Origin: Hemiscyllium ocellatum
Taxonomy: Eukaryota
Direction: 5' to 3'
Length of the DNA: 64,000 nt
Assembly: GCF_020745735.1 (NCBI RefSeq)
Contig: NC_083423.1
Coordinates: 4,588,001-4,652,000, forward strand
Part shown: positions 12,492 through 26,164 of the stretch, piece by piece
How positions within the stretch are numbered: position 1 is the first letter of the stretch
How the letters are laid out: the number at the start of each line of letters is the position of its first letter
Position numbers and translations under genes: made by a program
Notes under the pieces: model-generated
Databases searched by the model: none
What the model was told of the DNA's origin: nothing
What the model saw: only the letters and a program-made list of their open reading frames with translations

Positions 12492-12824
12492 GATTGTCCT
12501 ACTTCTCGGATGCTGACTGACCTGCTGTGCTTTCCCAGCACCACACTTTTCAAGAAGTTACTGAAAGAGTCAAAGACAGCAGAAACATTGGATGGTTTCA
12601 CTGACACTGTGAAGCGTCCAAAGGAGGATTACCCAGCAGATGGTCGCATTTCCACAAAAATCTACAGGGCGGAGACTCAAACCAATATGAATGTGACAAG
12701 TGATAGTAACCAAAGGTTGCTTTTCCAAACCGAGGCCATATTTTACTCAGACTACACATTGTGTGCTTGTGGATCTGACATGCTGTATTTATCTGACATG
12801 CATTAACCTGTACTTTCAGGTTCC

Positions 12825-13130
12825 CAATGACTGGCAAGTCCGGGGCTAGGGCAGGGCAGGGTTATAGTCTAAAGATAGGTCATTTTGGACTGAGATGAGG
12901 AGAAATTTCTTCACCAGAGAGTGGGGGGGCCTGTGGAATTCTCTGCTACAGAAGGCAACTGAGGCCAAAACATGAAGGCGTTAGATATAGTTCTTCGGGC
13001 TAGAGGGATCGAAGGGTATGGGGAGAAAGTGGGAACAGGGGATTGAGTTGGATGATCAGCTATAATCATGTTGAAAGGTGGAGCAGGGTCGAAGGGCTGA
13101 ATGGCCTACCCCTGCTCCTATTTTTGATGT
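12825..13130 (+). mobile_element. CR1 3' end
   Basis: gagatgaggagaaatttcttcacc...gggctgaatggcctacccctgctcct. Confidence 0.8.
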
Positions 13131-13214
13131 AACTGTGCATATTTTTAGAAGCATCTCACTTAGGTAATCTTTTCTGTTTCTTTATCAATGTTGTAAAACA
13201 TACCAGGAAGGGCT

Positions 13215-13497
13215 GATGGCTGTCACCAGATTATTAATCCAGAAACCTAGGTAATGGTCTGGGAACTTGGGATTGAATCCTGTCCAGCAGGTGGTGGATT
13301 GAATAAGAGTCAGTTGTTGGGGAAAATCCCATCCGGTTCAACTGTGTCCTTTAGGGAAGAAAACTGCCGTCCTTACCTGGTCAAGATATGACTCCAGACC
13401 CACAGCAATGGGATTGACTCTTAACTGCCCTCTGGGCAATTAGGGATGGGTAATAAATGCTGGCCTGGTCAGTGACATCCTCATCTCGTGAATGAAT
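13215..13497 (+). mobile_element. tRNA-type SINE with L2-like 3' tail
   Basis: Head ..attaatccagaaacc..gggattgaatcc; tail ggcaattagggatgggtaataaatgctggcctgg...gtgaatgaat. Confidence 0.65.
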
Positions 13498-13524
13498 TAG
13501 AAAACTACAGTTGGAGTAATCTCA

Positions 13525-13770
13525 TGGAATCCCTACAGTGCAGAAGCAGCCCATTCGGTCAAGTGTGCACTAACCTTCTGAACAGCATTCCTACCCTAAC
13601 CCTACACTTCCCATGGCCAATCCATCTAACCTACACATCTTTGGAATGTGGGAGGAAGCTCACACAGACACAAGGAGCATGTGCAAGCTTCCAACAGACT
13701 GTCACCCCCAGCTGGAATTGTACCTGGGACCCTATCGCTGTAAGGAAGTAGTGCTCGCCACTGTGGTACC
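13525..13770 (-). mobile_element. HE1 SINE, degenerate
   Basis: Reverse complement of the HE1 core and head. Confidence 0.75.
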
Positions 13771-14790
13771 CAATCTGGTCCAACTCCGTGGAAAACACTC
13801 TGTGTGTTTCTGATCCCAGCCACAGAAGAGAGGTATTCTGAACTGGTGATGATTTCAAGAGCAGTTACCAGACTGAGCCCCATTACCAAATATTTCGGAA
13901 GGAATGCGCAGCCTCAGTTACAGCGAGAGAGAGAGAGATGAGATGATCCATTGGATAGGAAGCAGTAAATCTGTAAGGCTGATAGAGATTAAATAAATCT
14001 TGAGGGTTGCACAGAAGGAACATGGACACAAAGACAAGGGTAACATCACAAGTTCATTTCTGAACGAGTGTTCCACACATAAAATGGAATCAAAAATAGA
14101 AATTGCTGGAAAATCTCAGCAGGTTTGGGTGGAGGGAAATCAGAGTTAATGGTTAGGGTCCAGTGATCCTTCCTCAGATTTGGAATGGAATTCTAAGTAA
14201 GGAAGATCTTGGAATCATTTAAGAAATAATTGCAGTTCTGGGAGCAGAGATGAGTTGAACGGTGATTAACCAAATTCTTCGTAACAATCTCCCTTTACAG
14301 GTTAAGTGCACAATTCATTTTTTTAGTGCAGACAATGGTCCAGTTCTGTTCAGAAAGATTGCTGTTTATTTCATACTTTTACTTGATCACAACGCTAACC
14401 ATCTGTGGCTTGAGTGAAAGTAACCAGTTTGTTATTCCGCTCAGAACCCACAGTAAACAATCACAAGGCAACTTTAAAACCTTATAGGAGTAAACATTGC
14501 AGGAGTATGAGGAAAGGAATTTGGGGAATGGAAATAAATGGACTGTTCCTGAAAATGGTAAAGGCAGACTTTACTGGCGGAACGGCTTCTTCCTCTACAA
14601 TGTCATACATCTCTGACCAGGTAATTCTTTGTGTGATATTGTTTGATGACTTTGTACCGATCCCAGTTACGATGCTGTTTGTTTGTAATAAATGATTTAT
14701 GAGAGAGTGCAGTTGCTTCCTCTCAGTTTTACTGAAGAGCTTCAATTAGTTATGCACCTCCAACCCTTCTGCACCACCTCAGGGCATCAT

Positions 14791-17700
14791 TGTTTATGGA
14801 GAATGTGTGCTAGTGTATGTTCATGGAGAATGGGTGCTGGTGTATGTATATGGTGAATGGGTGCTGGTCTATGTATATGGTGAATGGATGCTGGTGTATG
14901 TTTATGGAGAATGGGTGTTGCTTTATGTTTATGGAGAATGGGTGCTGGTGTATGTATATGGTGAATGGGTGCTGGTCTATGTATATGGTGAATGGATGCT
15001 GGTGTATGTTTATGGAGAATGGGTGTTGCTTTATGTTTATGGAGAATGGGTACTGCTGAATGTTTATTGAAAATGTCTGGTTGTGTATGTTGATGGAGAA
15101 TGGGTGCTGATGTATGTTTATGGAGAATGGGTGCTTCTGCATGTTGATGGTGAATGGGTTTTGATGTACTGTATGAAGAATTGGTGCTGGTATATGTTTA
15201 TGGAAATTGGTTCTGATGCATGTTTGTGGAGAATGGGTGCTGATGTATGTTTATGGACAATAGGGGCTGATGCACGTTCATGGAGAATGGGTGCAGAGGT
15301 ATGTTTATGGAAAATGGGGGGTTATGTGTGTTTATGGAGAATGGGTGCTGATGTATGTATATGTAGAATGGGTGCTGATGGATGTATATGGAGAATGGAT
15401 GCTGATGTATGTTTGTGATGAATGGGTGCTGATGTGCCTTTATGGAGAATGTGTGCTGATGAATGTACATGGAGAATGGGTGCTGCTGTATTTTTATGGT
15501 GAATGTGTGCTGTAGTATGTTTATGGAGATTGGGTGCTGGTGTATGTACATGAAGAATGGGTGCTGATGTGTTTTTGAAGTATGGGGGCTGATGTATGTT
15601 GATGGAGAATGGGGGTTGCTGTATGTTTTTGGAGAATGGGTGCTGATATATGTTTGTGGAGAATGGATGTGGATGCATGTTTATGGAGAATGGGTGCTGC
15701 TCTATGTTTATGGAGAATTGGTGCTGATGTATGTTTATGGAGAATGGGTGCTTCTGCATATTTATGGTGAATGGGTTTTGATGTACTGTATGAAGAATTG
15801 GTGCTGGTGTATATTTATGGAAATTGGTTCTGATGCATGTTTGTGGAGAATGGGTGCTGATGTATGTTTATGGACAATAGGGGCTGATGCACGTTTATAG
15901 AGAATGGGTGCAGAGGTATGTTTATGGAAAATGGGTGGTTATGTGTGTTTATGGAGAATGGGTGCTGATGTATGTATATGTCGAATGGGTGCTGATGTAT
16001 GTATATGGAGAATGGGTGCTGATGTATGTACGTGGAGAACAGGTTATGATGTATGTATATGGAGAATGGGTGCTGATGTATGTACATGAAGACTGGGTGC
16101 TGATGTATGTGTGTGGAGAATGGATGCTGATGTATGTTTATGGAGAATGCGTGCTGCTGTATTTTTATGGTGAATGTGTGCTGATGTATGTTTATGGAGA
16201 ATGCGTGCTGCTGTATTTTTATGGTGAATGTGTGCTGCTTTATGTTTATTGAGAATGGGTGCAGATGTATGTTTATGGAGAATAGGTGCTGATGTATGTT
16301 TGTACAGAATGGGTGCTGGTGTATGTACATGGAGAATGGGTCCTTATGTTTGTATATGGAGAATGGGTGCTGATATATGTATATGGAAAATGGGTGCTGA
16401 TGCATGTTTACAGAGAATGGGTGCTGCTGTATGTGTATGGAGAATGGGTGCTGATGTATGTGTATGGATAATGTGTGCTGATGTATGTGTACAGAGAATC
16501 AGTGCTTCTGTATGTTTATGGAGAATTGGTGCTGATGTCCGTTTATGGAGAATAGATGCTGATGTATGTAAATGGAGAATGGGTACTGCTCTATGTTTAT
16601 GGAGAAAGAGTGCCGATGTATGTTTATAGAGAATGGCAGCTTACATACGTTTATAGAAAATGGGTGCTGGTGTATGTTTATGGAGAATGGGTGCTTACAT
16701 TTGTTTATGGAGAATGGGTGCTGCTGTTTGTTTATGGAGAACAGGTTATGATGTATGTTTATGGAGAATGGATGCTGAGGTATGTTTATGGAGAAGGGGT
16801 GCTGCTGTATGTTTATGAAGAATGGGTGCTGACTTATGTTTATGGAGAATGGGTGCTGATGTATATACATGGAGAATGGGTGCTGGTGAATGTTTATGGA
16901 GAATGGATGCTGATGTATGGATGTGGAGAATGGGTGCTGCTGTATATTTATGGAGAATGGGTGCTGACGTATGTATATGGAGAGTGGGTGCCAATGTATG
17001 TATATGGAGAATGCCTGCTGATGTGTGCATTTTGAGAATGGGTGTTGGTGTATGTTTACGGACAATAGGGGCTGATGTATGTTGATTTAGAATGGGTGCT
17101 GCTGTATGTTTATGGAGAATGGGTGTGGCTGTATGTTTATGGAGAATTGGTGCCGATGTATGTTTATGGAGAATGGGTGCTGATGTATGTACATGGAGAA
17201 TGGGTGCTGCTGTATGTTTATGGAGAATAGGTGCTGATCTGCGTACATTGTGAATGGGTGCTGATGTATGTATATGGAGAATGGGTGCTGGTGTATATGA
17301 ATGGAGAATGGGTGCTGATGTATGTACATGGAGAATGGCTGCTGATATATGTTTATGGAGAATGGGTGCTGATGCATGTTTACAGAGAATGGGTGCTGCT
17401 GTATGTGTATGGAGAATATGTGCTTCCGTATGTTTATAGAGAATGGGTGCTGATGTATGTTTATGGTGAATGGGTGCAGATGTACGTTTATGCAGAATGG
17501 GTGCAGATGTATGTAAATGGAGAATGGGTGCTGATGTATGAGAATGGAGACTGTGTGCAGATATATGTTTATGGAGAATGGGTGCTGATGTATATTTATG
17601 GTGAATGGGTGCTGATGTATGTATATGGAGAATGGGTGCCAATGTATGTATATGGAGAATGCCTGCTGATGTGTGCATTTTGAGAATGGGTGTTGGTGTA

Positions 17701-20700
17701 TGTTTACGGACAATAGGGGCTGATGTATGTTGATTTAGAATGGGTGCTGCTGTATGTTTATGGAGAATGGGTGTGGCTGTATGTTTATGGAGAATTGGTG
17801 CCGATGTATGTTTATGGAGAATGGGTGCTGATGTATGTACATGGAGAATGGGTGCTGCTGTATGTTTATGGAGAATAGGTGCTGATCTGCGTACATTGTG
17901 AATGGGTGCTGATGTATGTATATGGAGAATGGGTGCTGGTGTATATGAATGGAGAATGGGTGCTGATGTATGTACATGGAGAATGGCTGCTGATATATGT
18001 TTATGGAGAATGGGTGCTGATGCATGTTTACAGAGAATGGGTGCTGCTGTATGTGTATGGAGAATATGTGCTTCCGTATGTTTATAGAGAATGGGTGCTG
18101 ATGTATGTTTATGGTGAATGGGTGCAGATGTACGTTTATGCAGAATGGGTGCAGATGTATGTAAATGGAGAATGGGTGCTGATGTATGAGAATGGAGACT
18201 GTGTGCAGATATATGTTTATGGAGAATGGGTGCTGATGTATATTTATGGAGAATGGGTGCTGATGTTTGTTTATGGAGAATGGGTGCTGATGCATGATTA
18301 TGGAGAATGGGTGCTGATGTATGTTTATGGTGAACAGGTATTGATGTATGTTTGTGGAGAATGGGTGCTGATATATGTTTATGGAGAGTGGATGTGGATG
18401 CATGTTTATGGAGAATGGGTGCTGATGTATGTTGATGGAGAATGGGTGCTGATGTATGTTTATGGAGAATGGGTTTTGATGTACTGTATGAAGAATTGGT
18501 GCTGGTGTATGTTTATGGAAATTTGTTCTGATGCATGTTTGTGGAGGATGGGTGCTGTTGTATGTATGTGGACAATAGGGGCTGATGCACGTTTATGGAG
18601 AATGGGTGCAGAGGTATGTTTATGGAAAATGGATGGTTATGTGTGTTTATGGAGAATGGGTGCTGATGTATGTACGTGGAGAATGGGTGCTGATATGTAT
18701 ATGGAGAATGGGTGCTGGTGTATGTACATGAAGACTGGGTGCTGATGTATTTATATGGAGAATGGGTGCTGATATATGTTTATGGAGAATGAGTGCTGAT
18801 GTATATACATGGTGAATGGGTGATGATGCATGTTCATGGAGAATGGGTGCTGATGTATGTATATAGAGAATGGGTGCTGATGTATGTTTATGGAGAATGG
18901 GTGCTGATGTGTGTTTTTGGAGAATGGGTGCTGCTGTATGTTTATGGAGAATGTGTACTGATATATGTTTATGGAGAATGGATGTGGATGCATGTTTATG
19001 GAGAATGGGTGCTATGTATGTTGATGGAGAATGGGTGCTTTCTCATGTTGATGGTGAATGGGTTTTGATGTACTGTATGAAGAATTGGTGCTGGTGTATG
19101 TTTATGGATATTGGTTCTGATGCACGTTTATGGAGAATGGGTGCAGAGGTATGTTTATGGAAAATGGGTGGTTATGTGTGTTTATGGAGAATGGGTGCTG
19201 ATGTTTGTATGTGGAGAATGGGTGCTGATGTATGTATATAGAGATGGGTACTGATGTATGTACATGGAGAATGTATATGGAGAATGGGTGCTGGTGTATG
19301 TACATGAAGACTGGGTGCTGATGTATGTATATGGAGAATGGGTGCTGATATATGTTTATGGAGAATGACTGCTGATGTATGTACATGGTGAATGGGTGAT
19401 GATGTATGTACATGGAGAATGGGTGCTGCTGTATATTTATGGAGAATGGGTGCTGATGTATGTATGTGGAGAGTGGGTGCTGCTGTTTGTTTATGGAAAA
19501 CAGGTTATGATGTATGTGTGTGGAGAATGGGTGCTGATGTATGTTTATGGAGAATGGGTGCTGATGTATGTATATGGAGAATGGGTGCCAATGTATGTAT
19601 ATGGAGAATGCCTGCTGATGTGTGCATTTTGAGAATGAGTGTTGGTGTATGTTTACGGACAATAGGGGCTGATGTATGTTGATTTAGAATGGGTGCTGCT
19701 GTATGTTTATGGAGAATGGGTGTGGCTGTATGTTTATGGAGAATTGGTGCCGATGTATGTTTATGGAGAATGGGTGCTGATGTATGTACATGGAGAATGG
19801 GTACTGCTGTATGTTTATGGAGAATAGGTGCTGATCTGCGTACATTGTGAATGGGTGCTGATGTATGTATATGGAGAATGGGTGCTGGTGTATATGAATG
19901 GAGAATGGGTGCTGATGTATGTACATGGAGAATGGCTGCTGATATATGTTTATGGAGAATGGGTGCTGATGCATGTTTACAGAGAATGGGTGCTGCTGTA
20001 TGTGTATGGAGAATATGTGCTTCCGTATGTTTATAGAGAATGGGTGCTGATGTATGTTTATGGTGAATGGGTGCAGATGTACGTTTATGCAGAATGGGTG
20101 CAGATGTATGTAAATGGAGAATGGGTGCTGATGTATGAGAATGGAGACTGTGTGCAGATATATGTTTATGGAGAATGGGTGCTGATGTATATTTATGGAG
20201 AATGGGTGCTGATGTTTGTTTATGGAGAATGGGTGCTGATGTTTGTTTATGGTGAACAGGTATTGATGTATGTTTGTGGAGAATGGGTGCTGATATATGT
20301 TTATGGAGAGTGGATGTGGATGTATGTTTATGGAGAATGGGTGCTGATATATGTTTATGGAGAGTGGATGTGGATGCATGTTTATGGAGAATGGGTGCTG
20401 ATGTATGTTTATTGAAAATGTCTGGTTGTGTATGTTGATGGAGAATGGGTGCTGATGTATGTTTATGGTGAATGGGTGCTTCTGCATGTTGATGGTGAAT
20501 GGGTTTTGATGTACTGTATGAAAAATTGGTGCTGGTGTATGTTTATGGAAATTTGTTCTGATGCATGTTTGTGGAGAATTGGTGCTGATGTATGTTTATG
20601 GACAATAGGGGCTGATGCACGTTTATAGAGAATGGGTGCAGAGGTATGTTTATGGAAAATGGGTGGTTATGTGTGTTTATGGAGAATGGGTGCTGATGTA

Positions 20701-23700
20701 TGTATATGTCGAATGGGTGCTGATGTATGTATATGGAGAATGGGTGCTGATGTATGTACGTGGAGAACAGGTTATGATGTATGTATATGGAGAATGGGTG
20801 CTGATGTATGTACATGAAGACTGGGTGCTGATGTATGTGTGTGGAGAATGGATGCTGATGTATGTTTATGGAGAATGCGTGCTGCTGTATTTTTATGGTG
20901 AATGTGTGCTGATGTATGTTTATGGAGAATGCGTGCTGCTGTATTTTTATGGTGAATGTGTGCTGCTTTATGTTTATTGAGAATGGGTGCAGATGTATGT
21001 TTATGGAGAATAGGTGCTGATGTATGTTTGTACAGAATGGGTGCTGGTGTATGTACATGGAGAATGGGTCCTTATGTTTGTATATGGAGAATGGGTGCTG
21101 ATATATGTATATGGAAAATGGGTGCTGATGCATGTTTACAGAGAATGGGTGCTGCTGTATGTGTATGGAGAATGGGTGCTGATGTATGTGTATGGATAAT
21201 GTGTGCTGATGTATGTGTACAGAGAATCAGTGCTTCTGTAAGTTTATGGAGAATTGGTGCTGATGTCCGTTTATGGAGAATAGATGCTGATGTATGTAAA
21301 TGGAGAATGGGTACTGCTCTATGTTTATGGAGAAAGAGTGCCGATGTATGTTTATAGAGAATGGCAGCTTACATACGTTTATAGAAAATGGGTGCTGGTG
21401 TATGTTTATGGAGAATGGGTGCTTACATTTGTTTATGGAGAATGGGTGCTGCTGTTTGTTTATGGAGAACAGGTTATGATGTATGTTTATGGAGAATGGA
21501 TGCTGAGGTATGTTTATGGAGAAGGGGTGCTGCTGTATGTTTATGAAGAATGGGTGCTGACTTATGTTTATGGAGAATGGGTGCTGATGTATATACATGG
21601 AGAATGGGTGCTGGTGAATGTTTATGGAGAATGGATGCTGATGTATGGATGTGGAGAATGGGTGCTGCTGTATATTTATGGAGAATGGGTGCTGACGTAT
21701 GTATATGGAGAGTGGGTGCCAATGTATGTATATGGAGAATGCCTGCTGATGTGTGCATTTTGAGAATGGGTGTTGGTGTATGTTTACGGACAATAGGGGC
21801 TGATGTATGTTGATTTAGAATGGGTGCTGCTGTATGTTTATGGAGAATGGGTGTGGCTGTATGTTTATGGAGAATTGGTGCCGATGTATGTTTATGGAGA
21901 ATGGGTGCTGATGTATGTACATGGAGAATGGGTGCTGCTGTATGTTTATGGAGAATAGGTGCTGATCTGCGTACATTGTGAATGGGTGCTGATGTATGTA
22001 TATGGAGAATGGGTGCTGGTGTATATGAATGGAGAATGGGTGCTGATGTATGTACATGGAGAATGGCTGCTGATATATGTTTATGGAGAATGGGTGCTGA
22101 TGCATGTTTACAGAGAATGGGTGCTGCTGTATGTGTATGGAGAATATGTGCTTCCGTATGTTTATAGAGAATGGGTGCTGATGTATGTTTATGGTGAATG
22201 GGTGCAGATGTACGTTTATGCAGAATGGGTGCAGATGTATGTAAATGGAGAATGGGTGCTGATGTATGAGAATGGAGACTGTGTGCAGATATATGTTTAT
22301 GGAGAATGGGTGCTGATGTATATTTATGGAGAATGGGTGCTGATGTATGTATATGGAGAATGGGTGCCAATGTATGTATATGGAGAATGCCTGCTGATGT
22401 GTGCATTTTGAGAATGGGTGTTGGTGTATGTTTACGGACAATAGGGGCTGATGTATGTTGATTTAGAATGGGTGCTGCTGTATGTTTATGGAGAATGGGT
22501 GTGGCTGTATGTTTATGGAGAATTGGTGCCGATGTATGTTTATGGAGAATGGGTGCTGATGTATGTACATGGAGAATGGGTGCTGCTGTATGTTTATGGA
22601 GAATAGGTGCTGATCTGCGTACATTGTGAATGGCTGCTGATGTATGTATATGGAGAATGGGTGCTGGTGTATATGAATGGAGAATGGGTGCTGATGTATG
22701 TACATGGAGAATGGCTGCTGATATATGTTTATGGAGAGTGGGTGCTGGTGTATGTACATGAAGACTGGGTGCTGATGTATGTATATGGAGAATGGGTGCT
22801 GATATATGTTTATGGAGAATGAGTGCTGATGTATATACATGGTGAATGGGTGCTGATGCATGTTTATGGAGAATGGGTGCTGATGTATGTATATGGAGAA
22901 TGGTTGCTGGTGTATGTACATGGAGAATGGGTGCTGATGTATGTATATAGAGAATGGGTGCTGCTGTATGTTTATGGAGAATGGGTGCTGATATATGTTT
23001 ATGGAGAATGACTGCTGATGTATGTACATGGTGAATGGGTGATGATGTATGTTTATGGAGAATGACTGCTGATGTATGTACATGGAGAACGTGTGCTGAT
23101 GCATGTTTATGGAGATTGTGTGCTGATGTATGTTTATGGACAATGGGTCCTGATGTACGTTTTAGGAGAATGGGTGCTGATTAATGTATATGGTGAATGG
23201 ATGCTGATGTATGTATATGGAGAATGGGTGCTGATATATGTTTATGGAGAATGAGTGCTGATATACGTACATGGTGAATGGGTGGTGATGTGTGTACATG
23301 GAGAATGGCTGCTGATGTATGTATATGGTGGATGGATGCTGAGATATGTTGATGGAGAATAGTGCTGATGCATGTTTCTGGAGAATGGGTGTTGCTGTAT
23401 GTATATGGAGAATGGGTGCTATTGCATGTTTATGGAGAATGGGTGTTGATGTATGTATATGGTGAATGGTGCTTATGTATGCTTATGGAGAATTGGTGCT
23501 TATGTATGCTTATGGAGAATTGGTGCTGGATGCATGTTTATGGAGAATGGGTGCTGATGCATGTTTATGGAGAATGGGTGCTGCTGTATGTATATGGAGA
23601 ATGGGTGCTGCTGTATGCTTTGGACAATGGATGCTGATGTATGTATATGGAGATTGAGTGCTGATGCATGTTTTTGGAGAATGGGTGATGATGTATATTT

Positions 23701-24640
23701 TAGGAGAATGGGTGCTGATTAATATATATGGAGAACAGGTGCTGATGTATGTATATGGAGAATGGGTGCTGATGCGTGTTTATGGAGAATGGGTGCTGAT
23801 GTACATTCATGGAAATTGGTTCTGATGTATGTTTATGGAGAATGGGTGCTGATGTATGTACATGGAGAATGGGTGCTTCTGCATGTTTATGGAAAGATTG
23901 TGCTCGTATGTTTATTGAAAATGTGTGGTCATGAATGTTTATGGAGAATGGGTGCTTCTGCATGTTTATGATGAATGTGTGCTGATGTGTGTTTATGGAG
24001 AATGTGGACTGATGTATGTGTCTGAAGAATGGGTGCTGTTGTATGTTTATGGAAATTGGTTCTGATGTACGTTTTTGGAGAATGGGTGCTGATGTATGTT
24101 AATGCAGAATGGGTGATGATGTATGTATATGGAGAGTGGGTGCTGACGTATGTTTATGGTGAATGGGTGCTGGTGTCTGTGTATGGAGAATGCGTGCTGT
24201 TGTATGTTCATGAAGAATGGGTGCTGCTGTATGTATGTGGAGAACGGCTGCTGATGTATGTAGATGGAGAATGGGTGCTGATGTATTTTTATGTAGAATC
24301 AGTGCTGATATATGTATGTGGAGAACAGGTGCTGATGTATGTACGTGGAGAATGTGTGCTGATGTATGTTTATGGAGAATGGGTGTTGCTGTATGTTTTT
24401 GGAGAAAGGGTGCTTATATATGTATATGGAGAATGGGTGCTTCTGTATGTTTATGGAGAATGGGTGTTGATGTATGTTTATGGAAAATGGCTGCTGATGT
24501 ATGTATATGGAGAATGGGTGCTGATGCGTGTTTATGGAGAATGGGTGCTTATGCATGTTTATGGAGAATGGGTGCTGTTGTATGTTTAAGGAGAATGGGT
24601 GCTGCTGTATGTATATGGAGAATGGGTTCTGATGTGTGTT
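14791..24640. repeat. 27-bp satellite array (~365 units; consensus tatgtttatggagaatgggtgctgatg) with higher-order repeats
   Basis: 9-codon periodicity (YVYGEWVLM / HQHPFSINI) throughout; block duplications at offsets 108, 617, 648 and 4728 bp. Confidence 0.97.
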
Positions 24641-24827
24641 GCTTCCATCAAGTATATGGCAGCCATGTTCTCAGCTCGACAGCTTCTCTTAATAGAGCTG
24701 GTATTGCACTCAGGACCGTTTGGTAAATGTTACCCAATCACCATCACATCCAACAGCTGATTCTTGGATAGGCACATGGTGGATAGTACAATGAAGGGTA
24801 TGGAGGTTAGTGTGATCTTCGGGTAGA

Positions 24828-26164
24828 GTCATAGAGATGTACCACACGGAAACAGACCATTCAGTCTAACACGTCCATGCCGATCAGATATCCCAACCTA
24901 ATCTCGTCCCATTTGCCAGGATTTGGCCCATATATCTCTGAACCATTCCTATTCGTATACCGAGCCAGATGCCTTTTGATTGTTCCCGGTGTACCAGTCT
25001 CCACTACTTCCTATGGCAGGGCATTCCATAAATGCACCACCCTCTGCGTGAAAAAGTTGCCCCTTAGGTCCCTCACCCTCAACTGATGCCCTCTAGTCCT
25101 GTACTCCCCCACCCCAGGGAAAAAGACCTTGTCTGTTTATCCTGTCTATGCTTCTCATCATTTTATAAACTTCTATAAGGTTGTCCCTCAGCCTCCGACG
25201 CTCCAGGGAAAACAGCCCTAGCCTGTTCAGCCTCTCCCTCTAGCTCAAATCCTCCAATCCTGGCCACATCCTTGTAAATCGTTTCTGAACCTTTTCAAGT
25301 TTTACAACATCTTTCCGATAGGAAGGAAACCAGAATTGCACGCAATATTCCAAAAGTGGCCTAACCAATGTCCTGTACAGCCGCAACATGACCTCCCAAC
25401 TCCTGTACTCAATACTCTGACCAATAAAGGAAAGCATACCAATCGCCTTCTTCACTATCCTACCTATCTGTGACTCTACTTTCTCTTTGTTCAGCAACAT
25501 TCCCTAGGTCCTTACTATTTTTTTTCCTAATTATAATATTTTATTAAACAAATTACAAAACAATTTGAGGACCTTACTATTAAGTGTATAAGTCGTGCTA
25601 AGATTTGCTTTCCCAAAATGCAGTACCTCACATTTATCTAAATTAAACTCCATCTGCCACTCCTCAGCTCATTGGCCCATTTGATCAAGATCCCGTTGTC
25701 CTCTGAGGTAATTTTCCTCACTGTCCACTACACCTCCAATTTTGGTCTCATCAGCAAACTTACTAACTGTACCTCTTATGTTCACATCCAAATCATTTAT
25801 ATAAATGATGAAAAGTAGAGGACCCAACACCGATCCTTGTGGCACTCCACTAGGTATAGGTCTCCAGTCTGAAAAACAACCCTCCACCGTCACCCTCTGT
25901 CTTCTACCTTTGAGCCAGTTCTGTATCCAAATGGCTAGTTCTCCCTGTAATTCCATGAGATCTAACCTTGCTAATCAGTCTCCCATGGGGAACCTTGTCG
26001 AACGCCTTACTGAAGTCCATACAGATCACATCTACCGCTCTGCCCTCATCAATCCTGTGTTACTTCATCACTAAACTCAATCAAGTTTGTGAGACATGAT
26101 TTCCCACGCACAAAGCCATGTTGGTTATCCTTAATCAGTCCTTGCCTTTCCAAATACATGTACA
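24828..26164 (-). mobile_element. CR1 LINE, 3' part (RT C-terminal half and 3' UTR)
   Basis: GVPQGSVLGPLLFIIYINDL, KFADETK, LVRPLLEYCVQFW; continues at 28655 after a nested insert. Confidence 0.92.
25520..25568 (-). mobile_element. ~50-bp poly(A)-tailed retro-insertion inside the CR1
   Basis: Minus strand has AATAAA then an A-tail; TSD ggtccttactatt (25507-25519) / ggaccttactatt (25569-25581). Confidence 0.7.

Larger units (their letters stand above)
10969..12554. mobile_element. Family-A fold-back element, interrupted by a Penelope insertion
   Basis: Left arm 10969-11109, right-arm remnant 12492-12550; outer direct repeat aagttactg at 10960-10968 and 12555-12563. Confidence 0.75.

Noticed and set aside
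14791-24640. CRISPR-like array
   Set aside because: Units are head-to-tail with no unique spacers; no cas genes; eukaryotic context.
14807-24726. Dozens of ORFs up to 310 aa (YVYGEWVLM, HQHPFSINI, HTSAPILHK repeats)
   Set aside because: Artefact of a 27-bp unit (a multiple of 3) with several stop-free frames. Stops and frameshifts are scattered, and ORFs occur on both strands.
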